Assembly: GCF_001194135.2 (NCBI RefSeq)
Contig: NC_068986.1
Location: 25,461,884-25,525,883, forward strand
Direction: 5' to 3'
DNA from: Octopus bimaculoides
Lineage: Eukaryota
Length of the DNA stretch: 64,000 nucleotides
Both the position numbers and the translations under genes were made by a program. The stretch's first letter is position 1. Each line of letters opens with the position of its first letter. A model generated the notes under the pieces. It was given only the letters and a program-made list of their open reading frames with translations, had not been told where the DNA came from and did not search any database. This document shows positions 12,925 through 25,342 of the stretch, in pieces.

Positions 12925-13140
12925 CAAAGGGGTGCTGAAAAGTTCCTGGCTTTGGGTAAAAGAAAATACATTATGATTTTATTCAACATATTCCCCTCAC
13001 AGATTCACACACTTATTACAGCAGTCCTTCAGTTTCACTAAACCCTGTAAAAGAATTCGGAAGGTTGGGGGGGTGGGGGGTGCCTTCAACCAGGCCTTTT
13101 ACAATACCTTTAAAGCCAGGAACTTTTCAGCACCCCCTTG
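12925..13140. mobile_element. Mariner-type MITE
   Basis: TIRs caaaggggtgctgaaaagttcctggcttt / aaagccaggaacttttcagcacccccttg; TA at 12923-24 on the left, TG on the right; no ORF. Confidence 0.8.
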
Positions 13141-13431
13141 TGTGTGTGTGTATGTGTGTGTATTGATTGATAGGTATTCTTCTTCTTGGAGTCTATAAAT
13201 AGACATCACCCCTGTAACTAGCAAGAAATATATACAATCCAGATGTAGCCACCCACTAAAATACGGTGTCTGTACATGCTGGGAGTTGAAATTCCCCCTA
13301 ATTCATTTTATTGATTTTACTTCTGGGGTCTTCCTTCTGTTATTTGACTAATGGGCATTATGTTTGCTTAGGCATATATATATATACACACACACACATA
13401 TATATATCTATATATATATATATATATATAT

Positions 13432-13474
<43 letters not shown>

Positions 13475-13489
13475 TGCATGATATATGCA

Positions 13490-13557
<68 letters not shown>

Positions 13558-14969
13558 TGTTGTGTGTGTGTGTATAGATGTATATTTGTATATATTGTGT
13601 GCCCATATGTGTGTGTATGTGTAAGTATATATGTGTGTGTGTATGTGTGTTATGTATATATATATATATATATATATGCTCACACATGCATACCCACATA
13701 TACATGCACACATACCATTCATGCATGTTGATGTGCGTATGTAATTTGTATGGGACACCATATAATCCTTTATAATTGAAATGCAGCTAATATATACTTT
13801 TGTTCTTTCTATATAATGATGAGTGAGTGCAGGGAAAGAGAGGAGTTGGCCTCTGTCCTCCTCTCCGCTCCACCCTGTCCCCTCAAAAAAAGAAACAAAA
13901 GAGAAAACACAAGGGGGAAAAAAAGAAGAAGAATTGTATAAATTGTATAAATTGTATAAAAAAACATAGTTCATAAGCAGGTGAACGGAAGAAGATAGGA
14001 ACCCGATTTCACCCCTCCCTTTCTCTTTGTCTATTTGTTTCTCTCTCTTTCTCACTCTCTCCCCCCTCCCTCCCTCTCTCTCTTTCCTTCTCACACACAC
14101 ACAAAGGCAAACACTATTAATACAAGCATATACACACAAAATGTATGTATACACATGTTCATAACCTTTACTCTTTCTTTCAATAGTGAGGCATCATATG
14201 CTTGTGTGTGTTTATAGCCTTTCGTTTTTGTCTGATCTGAAATTAGTTTTTGCCTTGTGATATTTTCATGAAAAGTTCTGCTCACCAGCCTCTATCACGG
14301 GCCTGGTTGTGTATCAAGGTTCTTCTTCTCTGCTGTTTGCTGACATTTCGCTACTCAACATTGATATATATATATATAAAAGGTCCATCATTAAACCTTC
14401 CATCCTGATCAAATATGCACACACACATACACACACACACACTAAATATCAAAAAACAAATATGTAAACAACTAATAAATACACAAACATATAAATAAAG
14501 AAAAGAATGGGGGGGAAAGCAATAATTTTGAATTCATTTTTACTGCTTTGAGTATTTAGATGCAATTATTACAAATGAAAATCCTTTGTGTTTTGTGAAT
14601 TAATTATAATTATTGATGTTCAAGAATTAAAACTTACTTTAGATAGATTTGGATTGTGTAATATAAATTTTAAAGATAAAATGCCATTTTTTTCTTAATA
14701 TTTGTTTTAAATTTATATAAATTCAGATCTGCATCAGTTTTGAAAAAAAAAATCCTTATGCAGGAATAAAAAAGTATGTTAAGTCTTATCTATTAATGAC
14801 ACGTAAAAGCATCCATGTCGCTTTAAAAGAAAAAGAGCAAAGAAAGAAAGAAAGAAAGAAGGAAGGAAGGAGTTAAAATATATCTGTTTTTCTCCAACTG
14901 CTACATCATCATTTTCATCCCTTTAGAATAAATATCTTACTTAGCCTTGGCTACTGGCTAAGATTTTTA

Positions 14970-15900
14970 ACAGGACGAGGAAGTTGCGGTCAATGTGAAT
15001 TACCTGCTTAACACATTTCATAGTTGTTGCATTGTTGCGCTATCACCGCATATACAACGTAGAACATTCTCAACTGGATGATTTATTGATTTCTCTGCTA
15101 AGCCTACCTGTCTTTTTCTATTTACTGTAGCCACCACCCTGTGTGCCTTAATAAGAGCTTGCTTGGGCTGGCTGTCTAGTAGCCTACTATAGTTAAAACG
15201 GAATTCGACGCTATGCATAATAGCTTGTTGCGTTCAAAAGAGATTATGGTAAATGCCCGTGAAAATTTCCAATTTACCAATCTCAAAATTTCTACCAGTA
15301 TCATTTGTGCTTCTTAATTCTCATTATCTTTCCATCTGCTGTTTTTACTGCACCAAATTTCAGCACATGTTAAAGTTTACAAGATCTCTCTCTCCCTCTC
15401 TATCTCTCTCCCTCTCTCCCGCTCTCCCTCTCCTCGCACATTTATTTATTAGTCGCAATGATAGAAGTATTATACATTTATTGGAGATAAATGTTTCAAT
15501 ATTTTATAAGCATCTTCCATAATTCTGTTTAATTGCCTTCGCTTGCCTCATCAGTTCAGCTCCTTGTATATTGGTTCATTCTCGACTGTGCTCTGCACTT
15601 GAGTATTGATTTCCTTTCCTGCTTGAGAGCACCAGGCCACAAATTTATAAAGGGGTGGAGAATGATATTGCTCAAAGGCATTAGCGGCATTAAGTGAAGT
15701 GAAGTGAACGGGCTTCAAATGGGAATCGGATCTGGGAAATTTACTCCATGCATTACAGTTCTCACTGCTGTGTCTTTAAATATTGATTTCTTCCTAAGGC
15801 ACGAGACCAAATTTTGTAGGGATTACATATAGATTTTCAATTTCATTCATTTGATTTTATATTGCGATTGGTGAGTTAAGGTGCCATTGGTTATCAGTTT
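14970..15900. promoter_or_regulatory. Candidate CpG-retaining promoter or first-exon region
   Basis: About 10 CpGs in 14961-15270 against near-absence in most unique flanks; not matched to the window's repeat families; donor-like sites CAG|GTAATT (minus, 15004) and CAG|GTAGGC (minus, 15108). Confidence 0.3.
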
Positions 15901-16133
15901 CTAACAGACTGTATCATACGGGTTTACTGAATTTCACGCAGTGAGAATGACACAAAAAAACTCTCAGTCCAAAGGACTTTGTTTAATTAGCACTGTATTT
16001 TCACCTATGTTTACTTCATACATACGTAACTCATTAATAGATACACACACATATACATACACACTCACACATACACAGATGGATGTATATGTTTATGTGC
16101 CTATAGTAGAAAGAATTATTATGATTATTATTG

Positions 16134-16195
<62 letters not shown>

Positions 16196-16197
16196 AA

Positions 16198-16420
16198 GGT
16201 GGCAAGCTGACAAAATCGTTAGCATGCCAGACAAAATACTTGGTGACATTTCATGTCTTGATATTCCGAGTTCAAATTTCATTGAGGTCGACTTTGCCCT
16301 TCATTATTTCAGGGTTAATAAGTACCGGATGAGTTCAGGTGGGGGGGGGGGGTATCAAACTAATCAATTAGCCCTCCCCCCCACAAAATTTCAGGCCTTG
16401 TACATATGGTAGAAAGAATT
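16198..16420 (+). mobile_element. Family B SINE between (ATT)n and (GTA)n arrays
   Basis: Family B monomer with tail ggccttgtacatatggtagaaagaattatt. Confidence 0.75.
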
Positions 16421-16442
16421 ATTATTAAGGTTGGTGGTGACG

Positions 16443-16463
16443 GTAGTAGTAGTAGTAGTAGTT

Positions 16464-16495
<32 letters not shown>

Positions 16496-16580
16496 TGTAG
16501 TAGTAGTAGTAGTAGTAGTTGTAGTAGTAGTAGTAGTAGTTGTAGTAGTAGTAGTAGTTGTAGTAGTAGTAGTAGTAGTT

Positions 16581-16615
<35 letters not shown>

Positions 16616-16920
16616 CGTGGTAGTTGTAGTAGTAGTAGTTGTAGTAGTAGTAGTAGTAGTAGTTGTAGTAGTAGTAGTTGTAGTAGTAGTAGTTGTTGTA
16701 GTAGTAGTAGTAGTAGTAGTAGTTGTAGTAGTAGTAGTAGTAGTAGTAGTAGTTGTAGTAGTAGTAGTAGTAGTTGTAGTAGTAGTAGTAGTAGTAGTTG
16801 TAGTAGTAGTAGTTGTAGTAGTAGTTGTAGTAGTAGTAGTAGTTGTAGTAGTAGTAGTTGTAGTAGTAGTAGTAGTAGTTGTAGTAGTAGTAGTAGTAGT
16901 AGTTGTAGTTGTAGTAGTAG
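16443..16920. repeat. Long (GTA)n microsatellite with GTT interruptions
   Basis: About 480 bp of gtagtagta..gttgta read directly. Confidence 0.95.
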
Positions 16921-17453
16921 TGGTGGTGGTGGTGATGGTGAATGTACATATGCCACATTTCAAACAAAAACATGTATTAATTTGCCCCTTCAGGCCCTCT
17001 TTTAACTGTAGTTAGGCAACATATGGTATTAAATAAAAAATAATAATAAAACAGACCCTTTTTCTCAAAAAAGGTCTGAGTCCTGCTCTCAAAACATTAG
17101 ACCTCTCTTCTTCATGTCAAATTAATTCTACTTAACTACTTGCCAATGCAGACCCTTGCGTCTCTCCTTGGCTTCAACCGTGTCCCTTGTTTATAATACC
17201 TGGATTAACAGAGTGTATTGAAATTATAAAATGCCAGGCATCTTGATCGACTCACTTTGTATATTTATAAGTTATCTACAATGATGACTGCAATACAATG
17301 TGTAAGGCATGAACTCCACTCTTAAGCAAACTTCTGTTAGATCTTTAATACCAGAGATTTGGAGTAAATAACTTCCAATGTTGTGTTGATTAATTACCAG
17401 AGATAAACAGCTTAATATTTAGAACAGAATTCATATATTTAGGCATTATCTTA

Positions 17454-17681
17454 TCTTTTATCTTTTACTTGTCTCAGTCATTGGACTGCGGCCATGCTGG
17501 GGCACCCCCTTAAAGCAGTGTAGTTAAGCAAATCAACCCCAGTACTTTTTTTTTTTTAAAGCCTGGTACTTATTCTATCAGTCTCTTTTGCTGAACTACT
17601 AAGTTACAGGGGATGTAAACACACCAACACTGGTTGACAAGTGGTGGTAGGGAATAGAAAGAAAGATATACACTCATAGAC

Positions 17682-17727
<46 letters not shown>

Positions 17728-18070
17728 ATATAAATATATATTTATATATGATTGGCTTCTTTCAGTTTCCATATACTAAATCCATTCACAAGGCTTTGGT
17801 TGACCTCAGGCTATAGTAGAAGGCACTTGCCCAAGGTGTCATGCAATGGGACTGAACCTGGAACCATGTAGTCAAGAAGCAAACTTCTAACCATATAACT
17901 ATGCCACATCCTATGGCTGTATATTTTAAGAGGTTCACATTGGAACCATGTGGTTGCAAGTTCAGTCCCAATGTGTGGTATCTTGCGCAAGTGACTTCAA
18001 TGCCAAATGACTGAATTTGGCACAGACACTGTTTAGAAGCCCACTATATGTATGTGTATTTGTGTGTATG

Positions 18071-18118
<48 letters not shown>

Positions 18119-18310
18119 TGCGAGTCTTTGTGTTTGTCTTGCTCTCCACTTGACAATTGATGTTGGTTTGTTTATGTCCCCACAAGTTAGTGGTTTGGCA
18201 AGAAATGGAGCCTATAGGATAAAGCATCATCTTTGATACTAAGCACTAGGTCAGTCTGATCAACTGAACACTTCAAGTATGACCGTAGTCCAATGACTGA
18301 AACAAGTAAA
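17454..18310. mobile_element. Head-to-head inverted pair of family A SINEs
   Basis: Minus copy at about 17454-17912 directly abuts a plus copy at about 17913-18310. Confidence 0.75.
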
Positions 18311-19679
18311 ATAATAATAAATAAAAAAAAATGAATGAATAAAATAAACCATCTCAATGATAATCCAATCTGCTATTTATCCATTGTGAATGGCTTAACA
18401 ATAGGTCGGTGAATATACTTCATTGAGGAAGGGAATCTGCCTAAAATGGGGGTTGGATGTTTTCCCTTTTCATGACAGCCTAACACATTCATTGCTTTTG
18501 TGTTTGCTGTAAAAAATTAGGCCAGCTGGATTTTATGCTTTTGAATGGGAAGATTAATATGAACTCCCTTCCAGTAGCAGCAGCAGCTGCACTGTCACCA
18601 CTGCCACCACTGCCACCTCCGCTACCACTGCTACTGCCTCCCAAATTAAAAGAGTTTGTCAAATGGTTTTGGGGTCAACTGTCTTCCTGTAGAAATGAGG
18701 GTGCCATGAGTGCATTCCTAAAAGAGAAAAGAAAATGATGAACAACAGTGCTAAGCTTTTATGATTGCATAGCTGCTGGTGGTGGTGGTGGTGGTGGTGG
18801 TGGATATAATGATGATAGTGCTGATGATGGTGGTGGTGGTGGTGGTGGTGGCTGGCTGTAAAGGATGATGAGAATGAAGATGATGATAGAGTGCTGATGG
18901 TGGTGGCGGTGGTGGGCATAATGATGATAGTTGTGCTGGAGGCTGTGATAATGGTAGCAGTTAGTAGAAAAATAGTAAATGATGACGATGATGATGATGG
19001 GAGTGATTGTGGCCATGGTAGCAAAGAAGTCTGAAGCCTTCTTTGGAAGAACTTCCTCTTGCTCAACATTAATCAATTTTAATGAAGAACAATTGTAATT
19101 AGTAATTAGTTTATTTTGGTTATATTTTATCTTCAAATTTTATTAATAGCATAGAGCTCTTTTCTTTAAATTTATTTGTTTATTATTATTGTTATTTTTT
19201 TTTTTTTTTTTTTGAAGCTGTACTCTGATCTCCTTTCCAGAAGTTAGTCAGAGAGTCATGGACTGTTGTTGTCCCAATGGATGTTTTTCTTTCTTTTCCA
19301 GTCTTCCTATTCATTTCACATTTAACTTGACCTCATGTGAAACACCTTCTTCTGATGACTACAAGATACTGCTTCAAGCATGTTTTTACAACCTGTTTCA
19401 TTGCTTGATAGGATGGAGGGGGACGGAGTATGGTGGGGGGGGGTGAAGGAGAGAGAGAGAGAAGGCCTGAAGGATGGAGAAGGGGTGAGGATGAGAGGAG
19501 AGAGAGAGAGAGAGAAAGCTTTAATGACTTGAGAATGTGATTAGAGTGTATGAAAAGAGAACTGCAATGTCAGCTTTGACTGGAGGAAACCCCTGAGATC
19601 AGAGACATTCTTGCCATGACTAAACCATCTTATTTATCAGACATAATACATATAGGATCACATTATTCAAGGCCTCTTC

Positions 19680-20328
19680 GGATCTATTTCAAAACAGGGG
19701 CACCAGTTTTCATTTATGTTGTATGTAGTGTTTTTGGTACTGAAAGACTTTCAAACTTCGTATACTTATCTATTTTGTGTTATAGAACAGAAAAAAATTT
19801 TTGTATTCAAATTTATTTCATGTAAAAAATTGTCTTATTTTGATAATTTCTACTAATCACTGACGTCTATTCAGTTGAAAACAGTTAGCACTGTAACGGT
19901 GTATATCGTATTAATCCTCTAACCCTAACTAGACTGTTAACCCTAACCCTAACCCTAAAACTAACCCTAACTCTAGAATCGGAACTCTAAAATTGTTACA
20001 CACATAGATACGCACAGCGTAATTTATTATATAAACAATATATGCGTATAAATTACGATTAAACCGGATGAAATATGTCACATGGAATAACATTTTTATG
20101 ACCGGCCAGCAGTAACTCTATTCAGCTGAATAGATGTCAGTGATTGGTTGAAATTACAGAAATACGACAACTTTAACATGGAATAACTTGCGATGTAGGT
20201 TTTTTTGTTAAGAAGACTAAGAGTAAAAGATGTTTTATATGACACATTCTACCAGTATCCCAAGTTTCAAAGTGTTTCGTTAGTGTTTCGTTAAGAAAAT
20301 ACTGGTGCCCCCGTTTTGAAATAGATCC
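19680..20328. mobile_element. Non-autonomous DNA transposon with GG-terminal TIRs and 8-bp TSD (Merlin-like), containing CCCTAA repeats
   Basis: TIRs ggatctatttcaaaacaggggcaccagt / actggtgcccccgttttgaaatagatcc; TSD gcctcttc (19672-79) / acctcttc (20329-36); several CCCTAA units at about 19921-19970. Confidence 0.7.
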
Positions 20329-20829
20329 ACCTCTTCCTCTTCTCCATCTTCCTCCTCTCCTCATCTTCCCCCTTCCTCTTTTTCCTTGTCTCTCTCTCCT
20401 TCCTCTTCTCCTTCCTCCTCTCCTTCCTCTTCTTCTTCCTCTTCTTGCTTCCTCTTCTTCCTTCTGCTCTTCTTCTCCCTCTTCTTCCTCCTCTTTTTCC
20501 TCATCCACCTCATTTTCTTCTTCCTCTTTCTCCTCATCTCCGTTTTCCTCTTCTCCTTCCTCCTCTTTTTCTTCCACTTCCTCCTCCTCATCTCCCTCTT
20601 TCTCATTCTCTTCTTCCTCCGTTTTCTCTTCCTCCTCATCTCCCTCTTTCTCCTTCTTCCTTCTCATTCTCTTCCTCCTCATCTTCTCTCTCTTCCTCCT
20701 CATCTTCTCTCTCTTCCTCCTCATCTTCTCTCTCTTCCTCCTCATCTTCTCTCTCTTCCTCCTCTTTCTCTTCCTCCTCTTTCTCTTCCTCCTCATCTTC
20801 TCTTCCTCCTTTTCTCCCTCCTCCTCTCC
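20329..20829. repeat. Polypyrimidine low-complexity tract with a 21-bp minisatellite
   Basis: Almost all C/T; atcttctctctcttcctcctc at 20681, 20702, 20723 and 20744. Confidence 0.9.
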
Positions 20830-21333
20830 TGTGAGTTGAGGGAGAAAATTTGCTGCTATTTCTAGCAAGCCAAACTACCATGCAGAGGCTCTTTTCTCAG
20901 TCCACAGACTGTACTCCTTTCTTGCTACACCCCTTTGCTGCAGACCCATTTGGCATGTGGCCTAACCTGGGAAAACTGACCACATAAACATTGCTGATAA
21001 TAGTTAAATTAGTTGTTGGCATATCTTATGCAGAAAGTATTAAATATGCCAACTCTGACTTAACTAATTGTTTTGCATGCAGAAGGCGCCTCTGAAATAG
21101 CCACTTATTGATGATAGTAATAATAATAATGATGGTTTCAAGTTTTGGCACAAAGCCAGAAATTTTAGGAGGAGGTGGGAGGTTGATTACGTTGACCCCA
21201 GTACTCAGCAGGTACTCATTTTATTGAATCTGAAAGGGTGAAATGCAAAGTTGGCCTTGGCAAGAATTTGAACTCAGAATTCAAAGAACCAGAAGAAATG
21301 CTAGCTACTAAGCATAATAATAATAATAATATT

Positions 21334-21740
21334 TAGGAGTGACTGTGTGGTAAGAAGCTTGCTTCCCAACCACATGGCTCCTGGATCAGTCCCACTGTGT
21401 GGCACCTTGGGTAAGTGTCTTCTACTGTAACCTCAGACCGACCAAAGCCTTTTGAGTGGATTTGGTAGTTGGAAACCAAAAGAAGCCCGTCGTGTATATG
21501 TGTGTGTGTGTGTGTGTGTGTATGTATATCTATGTATTTGTGTGCCTGTGTTTGTCCCCCCACCATTGCTTGATGACCAATGTTGGTGTGTTTACATCCA
21601 TGTAGCTTAGCAGTTCAGCAAAAGAGACCAATAGAATAAGTACTAGGCTTACAAAGAATAAGTCCTGGGGTTGATTTGTTCAACTTAAGGTGGTGCTCCA
21701 GCATGGCCACAGCCAAATGACTGAAACAAGTAAAAGAAAT
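21334..21740 (+). mobile_element. Family A SINE
   Basis: Full head-core-(GT)n-tail match. Confidence 0.85.
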
Positions 21741-24700
21741 AATCCCTTCTTCTATAGGCACAAGGCCTGAAATTTGTTGTTGGGATAATTATTTGCCAAT
21801 AGTCTCCTACTTTTATTAAGTAAATCAATGTTCAGTTCTTCATCACGAAGAGTTGGAGATGGATATTATAAAAGTTAGAGATTGCATCAGTTAATGATTC
21901 TTTTAGCACTTTAAATGGATTAATATTTACCTACATGGATGATGAAATTTATAAATGATATGATGTGAATGTGATGTGCTGTCTATTGTAGTTTCTCCTC
22001 CTCAATTTGTAATGTTTGTTAGCAATCAACTTAACATACGTACATAGACAATTTAATCTCTCTATGTACATTAGCAATTATCTCATTATACATACAACCA
22101 GTCGTCAATTAACTGCATACTTAAGAAGTTAATTAATTGTGTAAGTAAGTACTCTTCACTTTTAATATAGACACAAATTACTATTATATACAATTTTCTG
22201 TTTTTAGTTTGTTTATTTTTATTATGATTCATTTAGTGGAGGAGACACAGTGCTCATGAACTTTAGAGGCCCTCAGAGGCAGGTGAGATTCGTATTGTTG
22301 GAGTTCAGCTTGAACTTCTGTTGGCTGATGTTTGTAGGAAAAAACTTGAGCGCACCGTCCTTCCTTTTCTGTCCAAGCTTATAAAAAAATGTATTTGTGC
22401 AAGTAGGGAATTACAAAGTGCTGCAGATCTGCAAGGAGGAATGTGTGAAAAAAGTGCTGAATGTGAAGTTTGAGTAAATAGCTGAGGCTGAGATAATGAG
22501 AGGAGGAGAAATACAAGAAATGCTGCTAACCATTTTGTCCATTGTGCTAACCCTTTTGTCCAGCTCACCATCTTAGTAATAACTCTTTCTAACTTTGACA
22601 CAGTTTTAGCAGGGTGTGGGGTTAATCAATTACATTGACCCCCAGTCTCAAAATTTGAAATTGTTATTTATTTATTTTATTGACTCCAAAAAGATGAAAG
22701 GCAAAGTTGACATTGACAGTATATGAACTTAAAAACGTATAGAACCAGAACTAACATAAATCAGTGGAGCATCAGAGAAAATGCTATGATGTATTTTTTC
22801 CAGTTCTTTATGTTCTGAGTTCAGATCCTGCTATGGTCAGCTTTGCCCTTCAACCTTTTGAAGTTGATAAAATAAAGTACCAAATGAAGTACTTGGGTCC
22901 ATATAAACAACTAAACTTTTCATTAAGGGTTTATTCAATTGGGGTTGACCTGGGGCTAGCCAACATTATCATGAGATTTCGCTTAATTTGCCCAAGCCAG
23001 TAAAAGGGCCTCTACACAGTTGTCCAACCTGCCTGAGATAGCACACAAATCTCCCTCAAATCATAATCCATTATCTAAAAAAAAAAAAAAAGAAAAATGC
23101 AGAGGAAGACACATTTGATAATGTAGTCTCAGATACCCCCCCCCCTAAAAAGGCTGGATGGTCATGATTAGAATATCATTGTTCATAGACCTGCTGGATC
23201 AGACTTCACCTGGGGCTAAACAATAACATATGGACTTTATTTGGTGGTCTAACAGGGTTTTTTTAATGATATTTTTGCTTTTTGTTCTCATGTATTTTCT
23301 TTGCTGTGATATTTTCTTTTGTGTGTATCTAGCTGTAAATGATTTGGAATGTGTGTGTGTGTGTGTGTGTGTGTGTATACTTCATCATGTGACCTTCATA
23401 GTAGGTCTTGTGGTTGTCTTGTGTTTGTTTAACAAATGTACCAACTTGCAGTGTGCTGTCTTATCTTACCTTTCTACCAACGGTGTTCTTTTGTTGTGGT
23501 TCTTGTATTACTTCTCTCCACCTTGCAACAAATAGTTTCAGATGTTTACTGAAGNNNNNNNNNNNNNNNNNNNNNNNNNNNNNNNNNNNNNNNNNNNNNN
23601 NNNNNNNNNNNNNNNNNNNNNNNNNNNNNNNNNNNNNNNNNNNNNNNNNNNNNNNNNNNNNNNNNNNNNNNNNNNNNNNNNNNNNNNNNNNNNNNNNNNN
23701 NNNNNNNNNNNNNNNNNNNNNNNNNNNNNNNNNNNNNNNNNNNNNNNNNNNNNNNNNNNNNNNNNNNNNNNNNNNNNNNNNNNNNNNNNNNNNNNNNNNN
23801 NNNNNNNNNNNNNNNNNNNNNNNNNNNNNNNNNNNNNNNNNNNNNNNNNNNNNNNNNNNNNNNNNNNNNNNNNNNNNNNNNNNNNNNNNNNNNNNNNNNN
23901 NNNNNNNNNNNNNNNNNNNNNNNNNNNNNNNNNNNNNNNNNNNNNNNNNNNNNNNNNNNNNNNNNNNNNNNNNNNNNNNNNNNNNNNNNNNNNNNNNNNN
24001 NNNNNNNNNNNNNNNNNNNNNNNNNNNNNNNNNNNNNNNNNNNNNNNNNNNNNNNNNNNNNNNNNNNNNNNNNNNNNNNNNNNNNNNNNNNNNNNNNNNN
24101 NNNNNNNNNNNNNNNNNNNNNNNNNNNNNNNNNNNNNNNNNNNNNNNNNNNNNNNNNNNNNNNNNNNNNNNNNNNNNNNNNNNNNNNNNNNNNNNNNNNN
24201 NNNNNNNNNNNNNNNNNNNNNNNNNNNNNNNNNNNNNNNNNNNNNNNNNNNNNNNNNNNNNNNNNNNNNNNNNNNNNNNNNNNNNNNNNNNNNNNNNNNN
24301 NNNNNNNNNNNNNNNNNNNNNNNNNNNNNNNNNNNNNNNNNNNNTTCTTCTATTAGTAAAGTTTCATAACGATTCCAAGTATATGTATGTGTGTGTGTGT
24401 GTGTATGATATTGTTAACTGGTCACAGTTATATGATATTGTCAACTGGTAAGCTTTTTTCTTTCAGATTTCATGGCAAATGCCAGAATAAACTGTCTCTT
24501 TTCGAAAGTCAGTAATATTGTATATCTAAACTTAAAATATATATTCAGTTCTCTGTTATCTCAAATACACTCTTATAACTGACTTTTTATCTCATATTAT
24601 TTATGTTTTTCATTAAATGTTTTACAAAATTCTTTTATTTTGTAAAATATGATAAAAATAAATGGAATATTTCTGTGATAAAAGTGTATGTGAATATATC

Positions 24701-25342
24701 TACACATTCTGAGACGAATTGAAATTGTTTATTGTTATTTCTACTCCTACTCCACATCATCATCATCATCATCATCATGGCTTTTGATTTAGACTCAAGG
24801 ACAGAAATTTGAGGGGAGGAGAAATGTTACATTCACTCACAAAGCCTTGTGAGTGTTTTTGGTAGGCAGAAATTGAAAGAAACCTATCATATCTATAGNN
24901 NNNNNNNNTTCAGATGTTTACTGAAGTTCATTGTAATGTTTAGAAAGGGTAGCTTTAATTTTTCTTACACACACACACACATTTTATAATTGTTTGTCTA
25001 ATGTCCTTCCTAGGGTGGTTTCTTTGTAGAATAAACCAATGTGTCTTTGCTTAGTTTGCAACTGCAGTCAGTCAAATACCCATGCCATACTGCCAAGAAC
25101 TTCAAATATATTTCTAGATTTCCATTCCATAGCAAAACTCTCTCTCTCTCTCTGTATGATACATTTTTCTTTGGTGTCCCAAAAGTTCTGTGCTGTATTA
25201 GAGTAATTTCTGGCCACCCACTTCAGACGGTTTTATTTTTTTAATCACGTATGGATGAGGACAGCTGTGTGAAGAAGTTTCACACCCTAACAGCGGAGGG
25301 AATCTCGGTTAAAATGTCTTACGGTTAAGTTGGCTCTTATGA

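Noticed and set aside
14281-14400. Possible minus-strand exon (donor at 14287) or hammerhead remnant (CGAAATGTC)
   Set aside because: Poor acceptor, no recognisable peptide and no upstream CUGANGA; too ambiguous to call.
16360-17015. Poly-L/T/S/Y/V ORFs of about 190 aa
   Set aside because: Translations of a (GTA)n microsatellite; no splice or domain evidence.
20173-20881. E/R/K-rich and S/L/P-rich ORFs
   Set aside because: By-products of a C/T low-complexity tract.
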